A stretch of DNA of 64,000 nucleotides from Longimicrobiales bacterium (GTDB taxonomy: Bacteria > Gemmatimonadota > Gemmatimonadetes > Longimicrobiales > Gaopeijiaceae), in the NCBI GenBank assembly GCA_965203485.1, contig OZ241892.1, positions 2,816,001 to 2,880,000 on the forward strand, given 5' to 3'. Position 1 is the first letter of the stretch, and each line of letters starts with the position of its first letter. The position numbers and the translations under genes are program-made. Below the pieces are notes generated by a model. The model saw nothing but the letters and a program-made list of their open reading frames with translations, did not search any database and was not told the origin of the DNA. This document shows, in pieces, positions 58,266-64,000 of this stretch.

Positions 58266-59291
58266 ATGTACTCTGCCTGCATGTTCTGCGCAAAGCCCCT
58301 GGGCTCGAACCAGGTCGTTGAGACGTTTCCGGTCGGGCGCAGGCTCGCGTTCGACGAGGCCCGCGGCCGCCTCTGGGTCGTGTGCCGCAAGTGCGAGCGG
58401 TGGAACCTCACCCCGCTCGAGGAGCGCTGGGAGGCCGTCGAAGACTGCGAGCGCCTGTTTCGCGCCACGCGCGTGAGGGTCTCGTCGGAGAACGTCGGAC
58501 TCGCTCGGCACCCTGAAGGACTCGAGCTCGTGCGCATCGGCCGGCCGCTCCGGCCCGAGTTCGCGGCATGGCGCTACGGCGACCAGTTCGGGCGGCGGCG
58601 GAGAAAGCACATCCTGTACGCGGTCGGCGGCGGAGTCCTGGTCGGCGGCGTGATCATCGGCGGCGCGGCGGCAGGCATCGGCGGCGCCTTCCTCGGCCAA
58701 GCGGGCAACCTCGTTCACGTCTTGAACCGGCTTCGGGCCGTGAAGTTGCGCGCCGCCGACGGCAGCAAGATACGGCTTGCCTACGAGGAGCTGGCGGGCG
58801 CCCGCATTCGACCTGCCGAAGGAGAGCCCGGATTCAAGCTGCAGTTGGCGAGAAGCAAGAAGTTGCGGAAGAACAGGACGTGGCACGAGGGCGAAGAGGC
58901 GCGCAGGTTCGCGGCGGCGATCCTCCCGAAGCTGAATTCCGTCGGGGGCAAGCCCGAGACCGTCCGGCAGGCCGTGGCCGACCTTGAGGCGGCCGGGCAT
59001 CCAAGCGAGTTCGTCGTCAAGCTCGCCGCAGGCGATCGGTTCGCCAAGAAGGGCGTGCCCGGCTACATTCAAAAGATGCCCCGGCCCACGAAGCTCGCCC
59101 TTGAAATGGCCCTCCACGAGGACCAGGAGCGCCGTGCTCTCGAAGGCGAGCTGTGGTTGCTGGAGGAAGCCTGGAAGGAGGCCGAAGAGATCGCCGCCAT
59201 CTCCGACAACCTGCTTCCCCCTGAAGGCGCGGACGATTTCGTCCGCAAACACCGGCATCACGGGAAGCCGCCCGAGGAGGATGCCGGCTAG
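58266..59291 (+). CDS. Hypothetical protein with N-terminal Zn-finger (CMFC...CRKC), Gly-rich TM segment and acidic C-terminal helix
   Basis: Clean 341-aa ORF with RBS AAGGA; protein-like composition. Confidence 0.75.
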   Translation: MYSACMFCAKPLGSNQVVETFPVGRRLAFDEARGRLWVVCRKCERWNLTPLEERWEAVEDCERLFRATRVRVSSENVGLARHPEGLELVRIGRPLRPEFAAWRYGDQFGRRRRKHILYAVGGGVLVGGVIIGGAAAGIGGAFLGQAGNLVHVLNRLRAVKLRAADGSKIRLAYEELAGARIRPAEGEPGFKLQLARSKKLRKNRTWHEGEEARRFAAAILPKLNSVGGKPETVRQAVADLEAAGHPSEFVVKLAAGDRFAKKGVPGYIQKMPRPTKLALEMALHEDQERRALEGELWLLEEAWKEAEEIAAISDNLLPPEGADDFVRKHRHHGKPPEEDAG

Positions 59292-59348
59292 CGTCGGGGG
59301 TCTCCAACGACGCGCCGGCCGTCGCTTCCAGCTCCGCACCCCCACCGC

Positions 59349-59521
59349 GCAAGCCCCGCGCTCCCGGAACGGCGCCCGCAAGTCCGGGCCGAGACGCCGC
59401 CCCCTGAACGGCCCGCGGGCCGTCTTGGGCAAGCAAGCCCCGCGCTCCCGGAGCGGCCCGCGACGGCGCCCCGGCGAACGGCATGCAGCCGGCAAACAAG
59501 TCCCCGCGCCTCGGAAACGGC
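59349..59521. repeat. Imperfect direct repeats upstream of the suf promoter
   Basis: GCAAGCCCCGCGCTCCCGGA(A/G)CGGC at 59349 and 59433, diverged copy at about 59496. Confidence 0.65.
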
Positions 59522-59534
59522 CTCTCCGCCCGGC

Positions 59535-59563
59535 TTGACCGCCCCTGTCCCTGCCGGTACCTT
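59535..59563 (+). promoter_or_regulatory. sigma70-type promoter for the suf operon
   Basis: TTGACC-N17-TACCTT. Confidence 0.6.
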
Positions 59564-59688
59564 TCCCGTTCCTCGGAACATGATTTCCTCACGTCGCCGG
59601 CCCTTGGCGGCTAGGCGCCCGGCGTTGCCGTTGCGCAAGGCGCGCTGGGCAACAGGGCGGGCCGCGACCGGCAACGGAGCTTCCACGG

Positions 59689-60459
59689 ATGGACTCGCCG
59701 ACACTCTCCATTTCCGGCCTGACTGCGCGGGTCGCCGACGAGGAGCTCGACATCCTCAAAGGGGTGGACTTGGCGGTCCGGCCCGGCGAGACCCATGCGA
59801 TCATGGGGCCGAACGGGTCGGGGAAGAGCACGCTGGCCAAGGTGCTGGCGGGCCATCCGGGCTACGAGGCCACAGGCGGATCGGCCGCCTTTCAGGGCGC
59901 TGACCTGCTCGGCATGGAGCCCGACGAGCGAGCGCAGGCGGGCGTCTTCATGGCCTTTCAGTATCCGGTGGAGATCCCCGGAGTCTCGATCGCCAACTTC
60001 CTGCGCACGGCCCTGCAGGCGCGATTGGACGACGGCGAGGAGCTGGACCTCTTCGACTTCCAGGACCTGCTCCTGCAACGCATGGCGCTGCTCGACATGG
60101 ACCCGGCGTTCGCCGAGCGGCATGTGAACGAGGGCTTCAGCGGCGGCGAGAAGAAGCGCAACGAAATTCTGCAGATGGCCGTCATCAAGCCGGCCCTCGC
60201 CGTGATGGACGAGACGGACTCCGGCCTCGACATCGACGCGCTCAAGGTCGTCGCGCACGGCGTCAACACGCTCAAGCGCGAAGACCCCGCCATGTCGGTT
60301 CTTCTGATCACGCACTACCAGCGCATTCTCGACCACGTGACCCCCGACGTCGTGCACGTCATGGTCGACGGAACGATCGTCCAGTCGGGCGGCCCGGAGA
60401 TCGCGCTCGCGCTCGAAGCTCAAGGCTACGAGGAGTATCGCGCCGTCGCCGCGGGTTGA
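59689..60459 (+). CDS. sufC: Fe-S assembly ATPase
   Basis: GPNGSGKST, FQYPVEIPG, NEGFSGGEKKR, DETDSGLDIDAL, ITHYQR. Confidence 0.95.
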   Translation: MDSPTLSISGLTARVADEELDILKGVDLAVRPGETHAIMGPNGSGKSTLAKVLAGHPGYEATGGSAAFQGADLLGMEPDERAQAGVFMAFQYPVEIPGVSIANFLRTALQARLDDGEELDLFDFQDLLLQRMALLDMDPAFAERHVNEGFSGGEKKRNEILQMAVIKPALAVMDETDSGLDIDALKVVAHGVNTLKREDPAMSVLLITHYQRILDHVTPDVVHVMVDGTIVQSGGPEIALALEAQGYEEYRAVAAG

Positions 60460-60525
60460 CCGGGGCGTCCGCGGTCCCGCCACCGCCGGTCCCGGCGCAC
60501 AGCCGTTCCCAAGGAGAAGAAAGCC

Positions 60526-61941
60526 ATGCCCCAAAACGAAGTCATTCAGGGACTCGATCTCGACGACTACAAGTTCGGGTTCGTCACCGACTCGGAGCCG
60601 GTCTTCCGGACGCAACCGGGTCTCGACGAGGACATCGTCCGCCAGATATCTGCGCGCAAGCAGGAGCCGAAGTGGGTGCTCGAGCGGCGCCTGAAGGCGT
60701 TGGGCATCTACGAGTCCAAGCCCATGCCCGACTGGGGAGGCGATCTGTCGGAACTCCAGGGCACCCTCGACGAAACGTATTTTTACGTGAAGCCGCAGGA
60801 GCAAATGGAACGTTCCTGGGACGACGTGCCCGACAACATCAAGGAGACGTTCGAACGCTTGGGCATTCCAGAAGCCGAACGCAAGATCTTGGCGGGCGTC
60901 GGAGCGCAGTACGATTCCGAGATGGTGTATCACTCGCTGAAAGAAGAATGGGAATCGAAGGGCGTCGTCTTCGACTCGATCGAGGATGGTCTCAAGAATC
61001 ATCCCGAACTGTTCCGCCAGCACTTCGGCACGGTGATTCCCGCTGCAGACAACAAGTTCGCGGCGCTCAACTCGGCGGTCTGGTCCGGCGGATCGTTCGT
61101 ATACATTCCGCCGGGCGTGCACTTGGAAACACCTCTGCAAGCCTATTTCCGCGTCAACCAGGAACGTCTGGGCCAGTTCGAACGCACGCTCATCATCGCA
61201 GGCGAGGGATCGAGGGCCCACTACATCGAAGGATGCACGGCCCCAGTGTATTCCACGGATTCGTTTCATTCCGGGGTCATAGAAATCATCGTGGGCCAAA
61301 ACGCGTTCTTCCGGTACACGACGATTCAGAACTGGTCCAACAACATGTACAACCTGGTCACGCAGCGAGCGCTGGTGCACCAAGGCGGACACATGGAATG
61401 GCTGGACGGAAACCTGGGATCCAAGCTCACGATGAAGTATCCGTCGTGCTACCTGATGGGCGAAGGCGCGCATGGCGAGATCCTTTCCATCGCCTACGCG
61501 GGCGACGACCAGCACCAGGACACGGGCGGCAAGGTTGTGCACGTCGCTCCCAACACGAGCTCGAGCATCGTCTCCAAATCCATTTCCAAGGGTACCGGAC
61601 GCGCGTCGTACAGGGGACTTTGCAAGGTATACGACGGGGCCGCCAACGCAAAGTCGAACGTGGAGTGCGACGCGTTGCTCATCAACGAGACCGCGCGCAC
61701 GGACACGTTTCCATACATCGAGATAGACGAAAAGAGCGCGTCGGTGGGACACGAAGCCACGGTCTCGAAGGTGGGCGACGAGCAACTGTTCTATCTGATG
61801 AGCCGAGGCATGGACGAAGCCGAAGCGATGGCATTGATCGTGCGAGGCTTCATCGAACCGATCGCGAAGGAACTGCCGCTCGAGTACGCGGTCGAACTCA
61901 ACCGGCTGATCGAACTCGAGATGGAAGGGAGCGTGGGCTAG
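60526..61941 (+). CDS. sufB: Fe-S assembly scaffold
   Basis: [39 protein letters not shown]. Confidence 0.95.
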   Translation: MPQNEVIQGLDLDDYKFGFVTDSEPVFRTQPGLDEDIVRQISARKQEPKWVLERRLKALGIYESKPMPDWGGDLSELQGTLDETYFYVKPQEQMERSWDDVPDNIKETFERLGIPEAERKILAGVGAQYDSEMVYHSLKEEWESKGVVFDSIEDGLKNHPELFRQHFGTVIPAADNKFAALNSAVWSGGSFVYIPPGVHLETPLQAYFRVNQERLGQFERTLIIAGEGSRAHYIEGCTAPVYSTDSFHSGVIEIIVGQNAFFRYTTIQNWSNNMYNLVTQRALVHQGGHMEWLDGNLGSKLTMKYPSCYLMGEGAHGEILSIAYAGDDQHQDTGGKVVHVAPNTSSSIVSKSISKGTGRASYRGLCKVYDGAANAKSNVECDALLINETARTDTFPYIEIDEKSASVGHEATVSKVGDEQLFYLMSRGMDEAEAMALIVRGFIEPIAKELPLEYAVELNRLIELEMEGSVG

Positions 61942-61944
61942 GGC

Positions 61945-63390
61945 GTGGCCGGCGGCACGGCGACGGCGGAGAGGGTCGAGCGGCGCCCGATCGGTCCGGC
62001 GGCAGTGGCGGCGGTCGGCGCGGGCGATCCGCCTTGGCTGAAGGCGCGGCGGACGGAAGCGTGGCGAGTCTTCGAGGCGACGCCCATGCCCTCGACGCGC
62101 TCGGAGGAGTGGCGGTACACGGACATGGCCCGGCTGGCGGCGCTCGACGACTTCTTGCTGGCTTCGGGCGGCGAAGACCATGCGGACCACGGGGGCGCGA
62201 CCGGCGCCTTGGATGGAGACGGCGCCGGTTCCGGCTTGGGTCGCGGGGATGCGGGCGGGTCGCTCTGCGACGGCGCGCGCGGGGGCCACGGGCCGCTTCC
62301 GCCGGAGCTGCGCGACGCCGTTGAGGAGGACCGCGAGGGAGCCGGCCGCGTCCTGGACCTGGACGGACGCGTGGTATCGTGCGAGCTGGACGGCGAACTG
62401 GCGCGACAGGGCGTTGTGCTGGCCTCGTTGCGCGACGCGGCGCGGCAGGGCGCGGACGGGGTCGAGGCGTTGCTGGCCACGGAAGCGGTGCCCGCGTCCG
62501 ACGGCAAGTTCCCGGCCTTGAACGCGGCTCTGTGGAGCGACGGCGTCTTCCTTCGCGTACCGCGGGGCGTGACCCTCGACTTGCCCGTTCGGCTGGGGCG
62601 CTGGGCGTCGCAGGCGGGCACCGCAACGTTCACGCGCATCCTGATCGTGGCGGAAGAGGGCAGCCGCGTGTCGTTCGTGGACGAGATTCTCTCGCCGGAC
62701 TTCGACACCCCGGCCTTGGCGGGCACCGCGGTCGAGGTGTTCGCGCGAAGCGGCGCGCAGGTGCAGTACGTGTCGATTCAGCGCATGGGACGCGGCGGCG
62801 TCTACATGGCCCAGCAACGCACGCTGGCGGAGCGCGATTCGACGCTGGACACGCTGAACGTGGCGCTGGGCGGATCAGTGGGACGGGTCGACCTTAACGC
62901 GCGCCTTCTGGGTCCCGGCGCGAACAGCGACATGCTGGGCCTCTACTTCGGCGATCGCGACCAGCACTTCGACTTCAACACCAGCCAGGACCACGTGGCG
63001 CCGAACGCCCGCAGCGACCTGCTCTACAAGGGTGCGCTCGACGGCGCTTCGCGAGGAGTCTTCAGGGGCGTCATCCGGGTCCACGACGGAGCGCAACGGA
63101 CCGACGCGTATCAGACCAACCGCAACTTGATTCTCTCGGAGCGGGCCGTCGCCACGTCGCTGCCCAACCTGGAGATCGGTGCCGACGACGTGCGCTGCTC
63201 GCACGGCGCGACGGTTGGACAGCTCGACGCGGAAGCCTTGTTCTACTTGATGAGCCGGGGCCTGCGCCGCGCCCAAGCCGAACGGCTCGTGGTGCTGGGA
63301 TTCCTGGGAGAGGTGCTGTCGCGGTTGCCGCTGGGCGGCGTCGTGGAGAAGGTGACGAAGGTCATCGAGGCCAAGCTGCGGCACGGCTGA
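61945..63390 (+). CDS. sufD: Fe-S assembly protein
   Basis: EEWRYT, QRTDAYQTNRNL, PNLEIGADDVRCSHGAT. Confidence 0.92.
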   Translation: MAGGTATAERVERRPIGPAAVAAVGAGDPPWLKARRTEAWRVFEATPMPSTRSEEWRYTDMARLAALDDFLLASGGEDHADHGGATGALDGDGAGSGLGRGDAGGSLCDGARGGHGPLPPELRDAVEEDREGAGRVLDLDGRVVSCELDGELARQGVVLASLRDAARQGADGVEALLATEAVPASDGKFPALNAALWSDGVFLRVPRGVTLDLPVRLGRWASQAGTATFTRILIVAEEGSRVSFVDEILSPDFDTPALAGTAVEVFARSGAQVQYVSIQRMGRGGVYMAQQRTLAERDSTLDTLNVALGGSVGRVDLNARLLGPGANSDMLGLYFGDRDQHFDFNTSQDHVAPNARSDLLYKGALDGASRGVFRGVIRVHDGAQRTDAYQTNRNLILSERAVATSLPNLEIGADDVRCSHGATVGQLDAEALFYLMSRGLRRAQAERLVVLGFLGEVLSRLPLGGVVEKVTKVIEAKLRHG

Positions 63391-63451
63391 CGAACCGCAG
63401 ATGGCCGCAAGCGCCGCAACGAAGGAGAAGCGCCCAGCCGCGGGGCCGACG

Positions 63452-63632
63452 ACGGGCTCGCGCCCGCGCGGGACCAGCGGGCCGGCAACGGGCTCATGCC
63501 CGCGCGGAACCGGCCGGACCTCGACCAGCCCGACAGCCCGCCCGGTGGTCGACTCATATCCGCGCGGAACCGGCCGGGCGCCCCGCGGCAGATCCGCGGC
63601 AGACCCGCGACGGCCCCGCGCGGAACCGGCCG
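63452..63632. repeat. Direct repeats between sufD and the Rieske gene
   Basis: CCGCGCGGAACCGGCCG at 63500, 63560 and 63616; diverged copy at 63464. Confidence 0.7.
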
Positions 63633-63716
63633 CGCGCCCGCAAACGCCCTGGCGACGGACTCGGCGGCCGGACGACGCCCGCAGGGGCCCCGGCAATCCC
63701 GGACCCGCGCGCTGAC

Positions 63717-64000
63717 ATGGGTCCCGGTTGGATCTTCGCCGCCGAGGCGAAGGACGTGCCGCCCGGCACGCTCGCGGCCGTGCAGACCGAACGCGATCGC
63801 GTCGTCTTGGCCAACGTCGAAGGCGCCTTCCACGCTCTGGAGGACCGCTGCTCCCACCAGGACTACCCGCTCGCGTCGGGCCACCTGGACGGCGCCGAGC
63901 TGGAGTGCCCGTTTCACGGCGCGAAGTTCGACGTGCGCACGGGCCGCGCGCTGCAACTACCGGCGGTGAGGCCCGTTCGGCGCTTCGACGTGGCAGTGCG
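63717..64000 (+). CDS. Rieske [2Fe-2S] ferredoxin (runs off the window end)
   Basis: MGPGWIFAAE...DRCSHQ...ECPFHGAKFD. Confidence 0.88.
   Translation, partial: MGPGWIFAAEAKDVPPGTLAAVQTERDRVVLANVEGAFHALEDRCSHQDYPLASGHLDGAELECPFHGAKFDVRTGRALQLPAVRPVRRFDVAV

Noticed and set aside
60526..61941. Intein in SufB
   Set aside because: Normal 471-aa length with no insertion or splicing motifs
1..64000. Many long alternative ORFs in the track (e.g. 3197-5530 +, 7999-10152 +, 13065-15338 +, 59611-62817 -)
   Set aside because: Arg/Pro/Ala-rich shadows or antisense frames of recognisable genes, expected in high-GC DNA with few stop codons

Overview
Very GC-rich bacterial chromosome segment. The gene families suggest Gemmatimonadota (inference, not tested). 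Most long ORFs in the six-frame track are antisense or alternate-frame shadows; about 50 real genes can be supported. Left end (1-3.4 kb) is a decayed patch: ABC ATPase and permease, an isolated thrS fragment, two broken exported-protein genes and a 741-bp internally deleted IS with intact terminal inverted repeats. Next come an orphan MshEN-PilB/GspE ATPase with a C-terminal zinc ribbon and a minus-strand run (FxsA, M42, GAF/fRMsr, MBL hydrolase, GlcD-GlcE fusion, GlcF, M20, a KPGR-repeat basic protein, NSAR/OSBS). These are followed by DCC-ispH, lpdA and a complete his operon with two fusions (HisC-HAD and HisA-HisI-HisE). The middle holds peptidase and symporter genes, an unannotated 53-aa membrane protein behind a near-consensus sigma54 promoter, three degenerate repeats at an exact 61-nt period resembling a type I-E CRISPR repeat, a Cys/Thr proline-racemase-family enzyme and a probable 3-keto-glycoside catabolic cluster. 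The right part has a lipoprotein metallopeptidase / OM beta-barrel / lipoprotein metallopeptidase triad next to tRNA-Pro(GGG), a GldA/F/G-DUF4340 ABC system, a redox and repair neighbourhood (YbdK-like ligase, UdgB, MsrA, K+ channel, BrxA) and sufCBD-Rieske running off the right end. No cas, integrase or phage genes were seen. All calls come from motif recognition by eye, with no database searches.
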